Source: a virus
Reading direction: 5' to 3' (one strand)
Virus record (IMG/VR): IMGVR_UViG_3300046804_002503
Location: 32,001 to 96,000 of that record
Length of the DNA: 64,000 bases
Positions 31,124-39,868 of the stretch are shown here, piece by piece. The translations under genes and the position numbers were made by a program. The number at the start of each line of letters is the position of its first letter. The stretch's first letter is position 1. A model generated the notes under the pieces. That model did no database searches. It was not told the DNA's origin and saw nothing but the letters and a program-made list of their open reading frames with translations.

Positions 31124-31513
31124 TTATTTAATTTTAATGTTGAAATCTTCAAGGAGTTGATTATAAACCAATAATTCTTTTTGTGAAATCTCCATACTAG
31201 ATGCGTAATTTGTTAATTCTTCTTGTTCTAAATTTTCTTTGCTTTGTTTTTTGATGTAAGAAAATTTTTTATTTACTTTGGGCAATATTGTTCTGTAAAA
31301 ATATCCAACACATTCTGGATATTTGTTTAAACAAGTGTGCTTGAGCCATCTGTTTACAGTGACATTAATAATTTGAGCATAACTATCATCTAACATAGAA
31401 AGCCACCTATTCACAATAAAGCTAGATGGCACATTAGATGATGGTTGAATATTATTTTTTTTAATTAACCAATTAAGGTATGGAAACAAATCGTCTTTAG
31501 GTTTTTTAGTCAT
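31124..31513 (-). CDS. Probable clamp loader small subunit (gp62-like; likely start 31513)
   Basis: LFPYLN, FIVNRWLSM, KFSYIKK pattern. Confidence 0.55.
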   Translation of the reverse strand: MTKKPKDDLFPYLNWLIKKNNIQPSSNVPSSFIVNRWLSMLDDSYAQIINVTVNRWLKHTCLNKYPECVGYFYRTILPKVNKKFSYIKKQSKENLEQEELTNYASSMEISQKELLVYNQLLEDFNIKIK

Positions 31514-32085
31514 TAAATTACTTTTGTGGTAGCTATGAAACAATCTTTTAAAATGTTTTCAAAGATAGCTTTAACGTCTTCTGCGAATGATTTTGTATCT
31601 GCTTCTGATAAAAATAAAGAAAATGCAAAGGAAGGTGCTTTAGGACCTGCTGAAATATTAATTCCTAAATGACCCAAAGCTACATTTTCTGAGACTTTGG
31701 TAATACTAACACTAGCTTTACCAAAGGTTTCCATACCACTCTTTTTTAACATTAAATCATCACCTCTTACCTCTACATCATAAAGGCCGTATGTCTTTTT
31801 TCGTAGCAAATTTGCTATTTCCTGAACAAAAAGTCTTTGAAAAAATACTGCTCCGATTGGGTTCATGTTAGGAATTTCCCAACAAAAATTTAATGCATCA
31901 TCTGAATAGATAAAATCATTATTAATTTTATCTTCTAGATCTATCAGATTGTCTGTCACATTCATTACACCTCTAGTAATATATAAAAATCCTAAAGGAG
32001 AATTGCCTATATCTTTGTGTACTAATTTATAGGCAAATCTTTGATGTATTAAAGAACCGTCATAATCTTCTTTTACGTAACTCAT
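31513..32085 (-). CDS. DUF366-like protein (biotin/lipoate-ligase fold)
   Basis: YDGSLI, DLED, FQRL, GDDL, KASVSI, HLGINI motifs. Confidence 0.65.
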   Translation of the reverse strand: MSYVKEDYDGSLIHQRFAYKLVHKDIGNSPLGFLYITRGVMNVTDNLIDLEDKINNDFIYSDDALNFCWEIPNMNPIGAVFFQRLFVQEIANLLRKKTYGLYDVEVRGDDLMLKKSGMETFGKASVSITKVSENVALGHLGINISAGPKAPSFAFSLFLSEADTKSFAEDVKAIFENILKDCFIATTKVI

Positions 32086-32099
32086 ATGTTTATAATAAA

Positions 32100-32780
32100 T
32101 TATTTGTTGAATTTTTCTCTAAATTTTATGGCACTAGAATGCCATTCTGGGGTATTCATGCTATCACCTAAACCATGATGTGTTACTTTAATAGGTAATA
32201 CTCCCACAGATGCTTTCTTTTCATTGCAGCGTAAACAAAAAGACAAATCATAATGATGAAAATCAAAGTCTTCGTCAAAATTTAAACCCTTCTCAAAAGC
32301 TTTGTCTACATCTACAGCTATAAAAAGACCATCTATTACCAAAGCTCTGCTTTTAGTAGGTCCAAAAACTGAAGTCCATTCATTTCCATCAGCTATGTGA
32401 GATACTTCTCCTACCCAATCTTCTCTGTTACTCATTAAATGCCATGCTGTTGGTTTGTTGAGGTCTATTTTCTTAGCACCGGCTAATCCAGTCACAACAT
32501 AAGGAGATTCATTTAATTTTTCTACTAAATAAAAATCATTTATCTCTACATCATCATGAACAAATAAAAGAATTTTATTTTTGTGTTCCAGATTATTTAA
32601 ATAAGAATTATAAACTTTGGACAAACCAGTTTTATTGTCTTTAGTTATTTTAAAATCAAATAATTTTTGCCCATCACTATACAATAAGTCTAATTTGTAA
32701 AGACTTTTATAAAGAGGACAATTATAAAATTCTTCTAAAGTTTTAGATTGAGTTGCTGATACTATTACTACTTGTTTCAT
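32100..32780 (-). CDS. Glycosyltransferase-like protein (GT2-type)
   Basis: FVHDDV, GLAG, IDGLFIAV, FDEDFDFHHYDLSFC. Confidence 0.75.
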   Translation of the reverse strand: MKQVVIVSATQSKTLEEFYNCPLYKSLYKLDLLYSDGQKLFDFKITKDNKTGLSKVYNSYLNNLEHKNKILLFVHDDVEINDFYLVEKLNESPYVVTGLAGAKKIDLNKPTAWHLMSNREDWVGEVSHIADGNEWTSVFGPTKSRALVIDGLFIAVDVDKAFEKGLNFDEDFDFHHYDLSFCLRCNEKKASVGVLPIKVTHHGLGDSMNTPEWHSSAIKFREKFNK

Positions 32781-33790
32781 ACAGAAGCTAATTGACTTTT
32801 AATCCATTGATAAGTGACTGCTAAACCTTCTACTAAAGGTTGTGTAGGTTTCCAATTTAATTTTTCAAAAATAAGCGTATTATCAGAATTTCTACCCCTT
32901 ACACCGGTTGGTCCGGCTATATGTTTCTTGGTTAATTTTTTGCCTTCAAAATTACACGCCAGATCTACTAATTCATTAATTGAAACCATTTCATCTGAAC
33001 CTATGTTAACTGGTTCAGAGAAATCCGATTCCATTAACCTTCTCACCCCTTCAATACATTCATCAATGTATAAAAAAGATCTAGTTTGTTTTCCATCACC
33101 CCAAATTTCAATTTCAGAAGAAGTAGGTGCACTTAATACTTTACGGCAAATAGCAGCCGGTGCTTTTTCTTTGCCGCCTTTCCAAGTGCCAAACGGTCCA
33201 AAGATGTTATGAAATCTTGCTATTCTAACATTTAATCCTTTATTACGTGCATAACTTAGATATAAACGTTCACTAAATAATTTTTCCCAGCCATACTCAC
33301 TGTCTGGTGCTGCAGGATATGCAGAAGATTCTTTGCAATTAGGATTAGATGGATCTTCTTGATTGTATGCTGGATACATGCAAGCACTGCTAGAATAAAA
33401 TACCTTCTTAACATTGAATTTGACACTCAATTCTGCTACATTTAAATTAATAGTAGCAGAATTAGTCATTAAGTCTGCATCGTTTTCACCAGTAAAAATA
33501 TATCCAGCTCCTCCCATATCTGCTGCTAACTGATATACTTCATCAAAAGCATTTTCTTTTTCTGATAAAGAATGTTGTTCTGGTGCTAAAAACAAAAGAG
33601 AAGTCTTTTCTCGATCACGTAAATCACAAATTACAAATTCATCTGCAGATGAATCACAAAATTCTGGATGTTTTAAATCTGCTGCTCTAACCCAATAACC
33701 TTCTTGTTTTAAACGGTTAACTAAATGAGAACCGATAAAACCACCGGCTCCTAAAACTAAAGCTTTTTTTTGGTCTTTTTGATATTTCAT
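32777..33790 (-). CDS. GDP-mannose 3,5-epimerase-like NAD-dependent epimerase
   Basis: GAGGFIG, LAADMGGAGYI, SSSACMYP, YGWEK, EKAPAAICRK, GVRGRNSDN. Confidence 0.88.
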   Translation of the reverse strand: MKYQKDQKKALVLGAGGFIGSHLVNRLKQEGYWVRAADLKHPEFCDSSADEFVICDLRDREKTSLLFLAPEQHSLSEKENAFDEVYQLAADMGGAGYIFTGENDADLMTNSATINLNVAELSVKFNVKKVFYSSSACMYPAYNQEDPSNPNCKESSAYPAAPDSEYGWEKLFSERLYLSYARNKGLNVRIARFHNIFGPFGTWKGGKEKAPAAICRKVLSAPTSSEIEIWGDGKQTRSFLYIDECIEGVRRLMESDFSEPVNIGSDEMVSINELVDLACNFEGKKLTKKHIAGPTGVRGRNSDNTLIFEKLNWKPTQPLVEGLAVTYQWIKSQLASV

Positions 33791-34431
33791 ATAAAATAAG
33801 GATTTGTGTATTTAAAAGAGTCTTTGACTGTCAAGAAATTATCTTTTAATTCTAAAATTACTCCGTCTTCTTTTATTCTTTCTGCATTTTCAAATTCTGA
33901 AGAGCTAAAGCTGTCTTTTTCTACCCACAAAGAGCTTCCAGCTTTAACTACATAAAATTTCTTACCAGTAAAAACCCAACTAGTAAGCAATCCTTGCAGC
34001 TTGGAATATGTTTGAGATATATTATGGTTTTTTGTTAAAAGATAAGGAATAATAGATGAATCTACTTCAAATGAAGAGTGTTCTGGAAAAGATTTAAAGT
34101 TAGAAATAATACCATTATGAGCTACATAATACGAATCATTGTTAAATGGATGTGTGTGAGATTCTTTCCAGATAGTTTCTGTAGAATTGGTAGGTGCTCT
34201 TGAATGAAATGCAAAGTAAGAAAAATTACAAACATTATCTAAATCTTTAATTCTTTGTTTTAAAAGATTTAAATTAAAAATTCCTTTAGCTTTTTCTACT
34301 AAACTAATACATTCTTTATCTTCTTGAAAGGATAAAGCCATAAACCCAGATGAGTGAGACCCTCTTTTTAAATTTAATTTGTAAAGAGTATATGCCTTCT
34401 CTAAATCTGAACTGCCTGCAATTCCACACAT
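33787..34431 (-). CDS. Class II (Ntn) glutamine amidotransferase
   Basis: MCGI N-terminal Cys, RG, HSRAPT, HPF, HNGII, VDS. Confidence 0.85.
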   Translation of the reverse strand: MCGIAGSSDLEKAYTLYKLNLKRGSHSSGFMALSFQEDKECISLVEKAKGIFNLNLLKQRIKDLDNVCNFSYFAFHSRAPTNSTETIWKESHTHPFNNDSYYVAHNGIISNFKSFPEHSSFEVDSSIIPYLLTKNHNISQTYSKLQGLLTSWVFTGKKFYVVKAGSSLWVEKDSFSSSEFENAERIKEDGVILELKDNFLTVKDSFKYTNPYFI

Positions 34432-34435
34432 ACAA

Positions 34436-35182
34436 TTATATTAATTCACAATTATATTTTTGCCAATCTATTTCTCTGGAGTATTTGATTGGATCTATTT
34501 TACCTGCTTGAATCCATCCAGCTATGCGGGCTGAACAAGAAGGGCATTCTCCACATGCTAAATCTGTACCATAACTATTGTAACAAGTGTGTGTTTTTGA
34601 AAAATCTACACCTAATTCTAACCCATATTCTATGATTTGCTTTTTATCTAAGTCTATAAGAGGTGCTTCTATTTGAATTAAATTTCTACGATTGAGGCTT
34701 AGGATTTGGTTTAATAAGCTTCTAAATTCTTGAGTACAATCCCAATAACCCGAAGTATCATCTGCTTTTGCTGCACCATAAAAGATCGTATCTGCTTTTG
34801 CACTCTCTGCTAAAGATGCTGCTATTGATAAAAACATCATATTACGATTGGGTACATATGCTGATGTTTGAGGATCTCCTATAACATCTCTCATTTTTGG
34901 AACATCTAGGTCTAAATTGGTCAAAGAACTGTCTACTAGAGCTGCTCCGATTGACGTTAAATCTATAAATGTATGTTTAATTCTTTCTGAACCTGCTTGT
35001 TTGTTAAAATTCAAAGCATACTGCTGTGCTAATCTTAATTCTCTACCGTGTCTTTGGTTGTAATCAAAAGAAATTGCCTGAACTAACTCATATTTTTTCA
35101 AGGCATGATGTAAAACTACGGTACTATCCATACCTCCACTGTATAACACTAGACAAGACTTCGGAGAATTTTCCACATTCAT
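34436..35182 (-). CDS. queC: 7-cyano-7-deazaguanine synthase (likely start 35182)
   Basis: SGGMDS, YNQRH, YVPNRN, TCY...CGECPSC. Confidence 0.92.
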   Translation of the reverse strand: MNVENSPKSCLVLYSGGMDSTVVLHHALKKYELVQAISFDYNQRHGRELRLAQQYALNFNKQAGSERIKHTFIDLTSIGAALVDSSLTNLDLDVPKMRDVIGDPQTSAYVPNRNMMFLSIAASLAESAKADTIFYGAAKADDTSGYWDCTQEFRSLLNQILSLNRRNLIQIEAPLIDLDKKQIIEYGLELGVDFSKTHTCYNSYGTDLACGECPSCSARIAGWIQAGKIDPIKYSREIDWQKYNCELI

Positions 35183-35204
35183 ACGGTAAATATAGTATAT
35201 TCTA

Positions 35205-35759
35205 ATGAAAACTCTAGCTAAATCATCTAAAAAAAATATTGATTCATTAAATGAGGTGTCTCGTTTACTGAAAAACATGCAAAGTAATGTTCAAGAAGAG
35301 GCTTCAACACCTTTTATTAAAAGTTTTCTTAAATGTTTGGTAAAAGAGGCAGATGAATTACCCCCTCAAGCACCGGAAGATTTTACACCAGAAAAAAATA
35401 AAGAGGATTTTGAAGGGGCTATGGAGCCGAGTACTCCAGAAGGTGAGTTTGATATTCAAGGTGTAGACCCACAAGCACTGGCAGATGCTATTTCTTCTGT
35501 TCAAGAATGGTCAACTAAGCTAGATCAGTTTGTCCATTTCTTAAATGACCCTAAATCTCAATCTTTACATAAACTGTTAGCAGACTTTGACAGACCCGGT
35601 TCTTTAGTTAAAGGTATTACAAGAAAAACTTCTGATGGTATTACTCGTGTAGCTGGAGAAATTGCTAAATTGAAGCAAACTTTAGATGGATTTATTAATT
35701 TGGCTCCCAAGAAACAAAGAGATACAGAAGCTTTAGTGGCTACTGGTGCTGCTGGATAG
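35205..35759 (+). CDS. Hypothetical protein, candidate head-associated
   Basis: 184 aa, late motif GTAAATA at 35186-35192; LNE/VKE sites. Confidence 0.6.
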   Translation: MKTLAKSSKKNIDSLNEVSRLLKNMQSNVQEEASTPFIKSFLKCLVKEADELPPQAPEDFTPEKNKEDFEGAMEPSTPEGEFDIQGVDPQALADAISSVQEWSTKLDQFVHFLNDPKSQSLHKLLADFDRPGSLVKGITRKTSDGITRVAGEIAKLKQTLDGFINLAPKKQRDTEALVATGAAG

Positions 35760-35760
35760 T

Positions 35761-36726
35761 CTAAACATATAAAGATTTTAATATAAAATCATAAGGTATT
35801 TCGTTTGTTCCTTCTTTAACAGCCCATTCATTGAAATCTTTATATGGACTGTTAGTCGGCCAACGGAATACCTTTTGTTTTGCCTGTATTAACTCTAAAA
35901 TTTTATCTTTAGAAGCTTGATCTTTCTGTGGATTGTCTAAAACCCATATCTTTTCATGAAAGGTGAACTCTGATAATTGTTTTTTCTGAGTATCATTCAT
36001 AGTTAGTCCAGCTAAGCATACACCGTTTTTTACAAACATCGCGTCTATCGGGCCTTCAAATATAAAAATATAATCTAAATTGGTATCTATTCTTTCTAAA
36101 CCAAAACAAGTCTTGTCATATCCAATTTTATTAAGATAACGAGGTTCTGAACCATCTAATGCTCTGGTTTGATAGAATAAAATTTTACGATCTCTGCTCA
36201 AATAAGGTATACATAAACGGTTTTTATGAAAGTGATCTGTTAAACTAATATAATAAGAAGAACTTCTATTAATTGCTGTGTCTAATTTTCTTTCTTTTAG
36301 ATAATCTAAAGCTTGGATGTAATAAGGGTTATTCTTGTAATGCTGATATTGTTGATTATCTAGAAGATTTATTGAATCGTAAGGAAGGAGCGGCTTCTCT
36401 TTTTTGTTATTCTTGCCAAAAGAATTCATTTGTCTAGACAGATCAAAACCACTCTCCTTGTTTTGAATCTCTAATTCTATTTCTTGTCTAGTTAAACCAC
36501 TGGAAGCTTGAATCCAACTCAAAGCATTCCATGATTTAGAACAATTAAAACAATAAAAAGTATTAGTAGATGGATAAAAAAAGAGTCTTTTCTTTTTCAA
36601 CCAACTTCTACCTTCTCTGCAAATGTTGCAAGAAGCATTATATGTACCGTCAAATTTACGAAAAACCGGTTCTCCGGCATATGTATAAAATTTGCTTAAT
36701 ACATACTGACCTGGTAACTGCCTCAT
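35761..36726 (-). CDS. gp61: DNA primase (gp61-like)
   Basis: CNIC...CFNC Zn finger, FYQTRAL, FEGPIDAMF, KDFNE. Confidence 0.9.
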   Translation of the reverse strand: MRQLPGQYVLSKFYTYAGEPVFRKFDGTYNASCNICREGRSWLKKKRLFFYPSTNTFYCFNCSKSWNALSWIQASSGLTRQEIELEIQNKESGFDLSRQMNSFGKNNKKEKPLLPYDSINLLDNQQYQHYKNNPYYIQALDYLKERKLDTAINRSSSYYISLTDHFHKNRLCIPYLSRDRKILFYQTRALDGSEPRYLNKIGYDKTCFGLERIDTNLDYIFIFEGPIDAMFVKNGVCLAGLTMNDTQKKQLSEFTFHEKIWVLDNPQKDQASKDKILELIQAKQKVFRWPTNSPYKDFNEWAVKEGTNEIPYDFILKSLYV

Positions 36727-36732
36727 AAAAGC

Positions 36733-36761
36733 AGTATATAGTAATTTTATTCTTGAATCAA
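36733..36761 (-). promoter_or_regulatory. Sigma70-like promoter for primase
   Basis: TTGATT-17 nt-TATACT-6 nt-ATG. Confidence 0.55.
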
Positions 36762-37694
36762 GCTCTTAGATTTAAAAATATTTGAATAAATGTTTTTAAA
36801 ATCTACACTATCTTCTAAAGGAGATCTAGCTGTCATACCACCCATAGACATTCTTTGTAACCTTGATAATTCAGCTTGTTGAGCACGGTCTAAATCTGCT
36901 GCTGCATCCTCTTCATCACCTAATTCATCTAAAGTAGAACCAGAGGCAGAACGTGGAACTGCTATCCACCCTTCATCTGTTCTCTTAACTAATCCTTTTC
37001 TGCCCAATTCTGCTGCGATACTTCTTAAATAAGATTTAATAGAAGCATCAGATTCAGAATGCTGAGAGGGGATTAAAGATCTATCTATTTTAGACACTAA
37101 TTCATTGTTTTCTAATGGACCTTCTGCTTCAATAAGATCTAATAAAGTTTGCTGCAAATCAGTAAGGTCTAATTCGGCTCCTTCTGTATCAGAAAATTCT
37201 CCGGAAGCCTTTGGTTCTGGTTCTGATTCTTTTGATTCTGGCTCTTCGGAGGCTTCTGGAGCTTCTTCTGTACTAGATTCTGGTGAATCTGTAATTTCTG
37301 GAACTTCTGAATCTTCAAATTCTTCTGGTTCACCTTGACCATCATTTACTTCTGAAGGTTTTTCTGGTTTAAATCCGAAATCAAAGATAGTCTGGCTAAG
37401 GGTTCTAGTCCAATATTCTGCTGCAGTACCTCCAAATCCTCTATTTCTAAGAAAAGTTCTAATAGAATCTTTTAATTCCTGATAATCTATTTCAGAATTG
37501 GCTCTGTCTTTTAAAAATTCTCCTAGATATTGAAGCATTTGTGCTCCTGTATATTTTCCAGCTTGTCCACCAAACTTTTCTTTACTAGCAAATGCTGGAG
37601 ATTTTAAAACTTCACCGGGAATACCTACTCCACCTCGTTTAGGAGCAGCCATTTCTTCTAAAGTACTTTCGCAAATATTGTCAAATAAACTCAT
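36747..37694 (-). CDS. Acidic hypothetical protein with winged-helix-like C-terminal part; candidate internal head protein
   Basis: MSLFDNICESTLEEMA leader, E/P/S linker, late motif at 37701-37708. Confidence 0.6.
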   Translation of the reverse strand: MSLFDNICESTLEEMAAPKRGGVGIPGEVLKSPAFASKEKFGGQAGKYTGAQMLQYLGEFLKDRANSEIDYQELKDSIRTFLRNRGFGGTAAEYWTRTLSQTIFDFGFKPEKPSEVNDGQGEPEEFEDSEVPEITDSPESSTEEAPEASEEPESKESEPEPKASGEFSDTEGAELDLTDLQQTLLDLIEAEGPLENNELVSKIDRSLIPSQHSESDASIKSYLRSIAAELGRKGLVKRTDEGWIAVPRSASGSTLDELGDEEDAAADLDRAQQAELSRLQRMSMGGMTARSPLEDSVDFKNIYSNIFKSKSLIQE

Positions 37695-37703
37695 ATATTT
37701 TAT

Positions 37704-38342
37704 TTATGGAGTCCATATGTCAGAAAGTAAACTTTCTTTCTCTCCATAAGCGTGTCCTAAATCTGTAATATATAAATTTGTTAAAGCTATACGTTGTTCT
37801 GGTGTTCCAAAAATCTCTATAAAAGCAGGTGAATCTACTTTAGGAAAGATTCTACCATCTCCGTGAACATAAGATTGCATAAAGGCTTTAAAAATGTTGT
37901 CTATTTCTTCTCTGTAAATAGGATCCGTATCTCTTACACCATCTTCTACTAGATTAACCGGAGAGGCTTTAGTGATTGGTAAAAAGAAAATGATATCAAA
38001 AAGTTTTAAAGATTCTTTAACAATTAAACGACAGTTATCTAAAAATTTTTCAGACACTTTATCGTGAAGATGAAGCCAAGAAGAATACACTAAATTGTCT
38101 AATACACATCTATCAAAAATAATATTATCTGATTTTGAATATTGTGTGGCTTGATCTACTAAAAAGTCTAAAATAATTTGTTGTGATTCTTCTGATCCTA
38201 ATCGATTAATAGGAATATTTTTTTCTTTAATTAAGTCTCTATAAGTCTTTTCTGGAGTAGAATACATGCTCCATTTCTGGAGAAAGTCTTTTACATATGT
38301 GCTCTTACCAATACACTGTGTACCTACAACTGCTATTTTCAT
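37704..38342 (-). CDS. P-loop kinase/ATPase (AAA_28 / dNMP-kinase-like)
   Basis: GTQCIGKST, FDRCVLD, IFFLPI...EDGVR. Confidence 0.75.
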   Translation of the reverse strand: MKIAVVGTQCIGKSTYVKDFLQKWSMYSTPEKTYRDLIKEKNIPINRLGSEESQQIILDFLVDQATQYSKSDNIIFDRCVLDNLVYSSWLHLHDKVSEKFLDNCRLIVKESLKLFDIIFFLPITKASPVNLVEDGVRDTDPIYREEIDNIFKAFMQSYVHGDGRIFPKVDSPAFIEIFGTPEQRIALTNLYITDLGHAYGEKESLLSDIWTP

Positions 38343-38346
38343 AATA

Positions 38347-38613
38347 TTAATTTAATAGCAATTCTGGAAAATACTCGGTATATTTTTTAGATAAATTACT
38401 TGTAGACCACAAATTGTCATTTGATATGGTATAGGCATTTGTAACTGGCACATTTTGAAATTGTTGTCTTAATTTTATAGCCAAATTACTAATATAGTCT
38501 ATATCTTCCTTGTAGGAGTGTAAACAAACATCTTCACTAGAAGAAAATAATAATCCTTCTAAAATAACTTGTATATCTTTTTTAGATAATTTAATCGTGT
38601 ATTCTTTTTCCAT
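38347..38613 (-). CDS. Hypothetical protein
   Basis: 88-aa ORF with a near-consensus promoter. Confidence 0.55.
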   Translation of the reverse strand: MEKEYTIKLSKKDIQVILEGLLFSSSEDVCLHSYKEDIDYISNLAIKLRQQFQNVPVTNAYTISNDNLWSTSNLSKKYTEYFPELLLN

Positions 38614-38619
38614 TTAAGG

Positions 38620-38647
38620 ATTTTACCTATAAAGAGGCATCTGTCAA
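38620..38647 (-). promoter_or_regulatory. Sigma70-like promoter
   Basis: TTGACA-16 nt-TAAAAT-6 nt-ATG(38613). Confidence 0.55.
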
Positions 38648-39361
38648 CTCTGTTTGAGAAACTATTTCCTGAATTTTATTAGTAATATCTTCAGACATTT
38701 TTTCTATTTCCATTAAATCTGCAGCACCACTTTGTAAAAGAGTTTCGATTTTTTTATAATCTGTTGTGACATCAGCTATCATATCAGAAACTGTAGTATC
38801 TAAATCTTTTTTTGGAGTCAATATTGCTTTGTAGGCCAAATTTAATAATGCTACACTTCCGTAATCTTTGATTTCGTCTGTAGTAAATTCTTCTTCATCC
38901 TTAATGTTTTTGGGTGGGTTACTCTTTCTTATGAGGGCATATATGAGCTTTAATATTTCTGCATTATCAGAAGAAGAATTTGGATTCAACATTTGTAATC
39001 GGTTACGCATTTTCCGAGCTTCGGGATATTTTTCTAAAATACTATCTATATCTGTGTAAAGACAAGCTACAGATATTTTTATTAATTTAACATTAGTTAT
39101 TAAATCTTCTTTTGGTAATTCTGTTTTTTTATTCGCACTGGATGAAGAATCTGGAGTTGGAGAAGGAGGAGGAGGAGGAGCTAGATTTGGCTCTAAAGAC
39201 TGCTGGGGTGGTCCAGAAGGTGCCGGAGCTGGAACCTGAGGAGCCTCTTGTTCTAATAAGAAATCTGACAAAACTGTATCAAATTTTGTTGTATACGGAA
39301 ATTCTTTGCTGTAAATTTTGTTATATTTTTCTAAAATAGAATTAAAAGAAGAGGGTTTCAT
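38627..39361 (-). CDS. Hypothetical protein with Pro-rich linker; candidate internal head protein
   Basis: FNSILE and FLLEQE sites, PPPPPSP tract; late motif at 39374-39380. Confidence 0.6.
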   Translation of the reverse strand: MKPSSFNSILEKYNKIYSKEFPYTTKFDTVLSDFLLEQEAPQVPAPAPSGPPQQSLEPNLAPPPPPSPTPDSSSSANKKTELPKEDLITNVKLIKISVACLYTDIDSILEKYPEARKMRNRLQMLNPNSSSDNAEILKLIYALIRKSNPPKNIKDEEEFTTDEIKDYGSVALLNLAYKAILTPKKDLDTTVSDMIADVTTDYKKIETLLQSGAADLMEIEKMSEDITNKIQEIVSQTELTDASL

Positions 39362-39384
39362 ACTGAGTAATTATATTTACGTGT

Positions 39385-39867
39385 ATGAAAAGTCTAATAG
39401 AGCAATTATATACACCTAAGGCTGTATCTTTAATAAGAGATCTATACAAAGAAGATCCTAATGCTAGAGAATCTTTCTATGAAGCATTTGGGAATAAAAT
39501 TTTAGAAAAACAATCAGAATTTTTGTCTCAAAAACCTTTAGACATATTAATGTTAATATGTGCCACTGCCAAATTTGCCTCTAACCTACATGAATCTCAA
39601 AATGTAGCTGTAATAATTCATCGAAGAATAGTAGAACCCAATCCTCTACCTTATATTTTAGATGATAGGGGTTTAGAACTAGCAGAGAAAACCTTTGTGT
39701 CTTTAGCTTTTTTCTACCCAGCTATGGAAAAAAGGTGGAAAAAGGGGGGTCCACATCCAGATTTTTACAAACAATATTCCAAAAGATTGTTTGAAACAAA
39801 TAATTTAGAAGATTTGGCTCACCATTATGAAAAATGGTTAAATTTTTTAACTGAAATATTTGTATAA
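39385..39867 (+). CDS. Hypothetical protein
   Basis: 160-aa ORF filling the gap. Confidence 0.55.
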   Translation: MKSLIEQLYTPKAVSLIRDLYKEDPNARESFYEAFGNKILEKQSEFLSQKPLDILMLICATAKFASNLHESQNVAVIIHRRIVEPNPLPYILDDRGLELAEKTFVSLAFFYPAMEKRWKKGGPHPDFYKQYSKRLFETNNLEDLAHHYEKWLNFLTEIFV

Positions 39868-39868
39868 A

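Noticed and set aside
33787-35182. QueC plus neighbour as a QatABCD or type IV CBASS defence module
   Set aside because: No KAP ATPase, TatD or CD-NTase nearby; QueC looks canonical and QueE is present, so preQ0/G+ biosynthesis fits better
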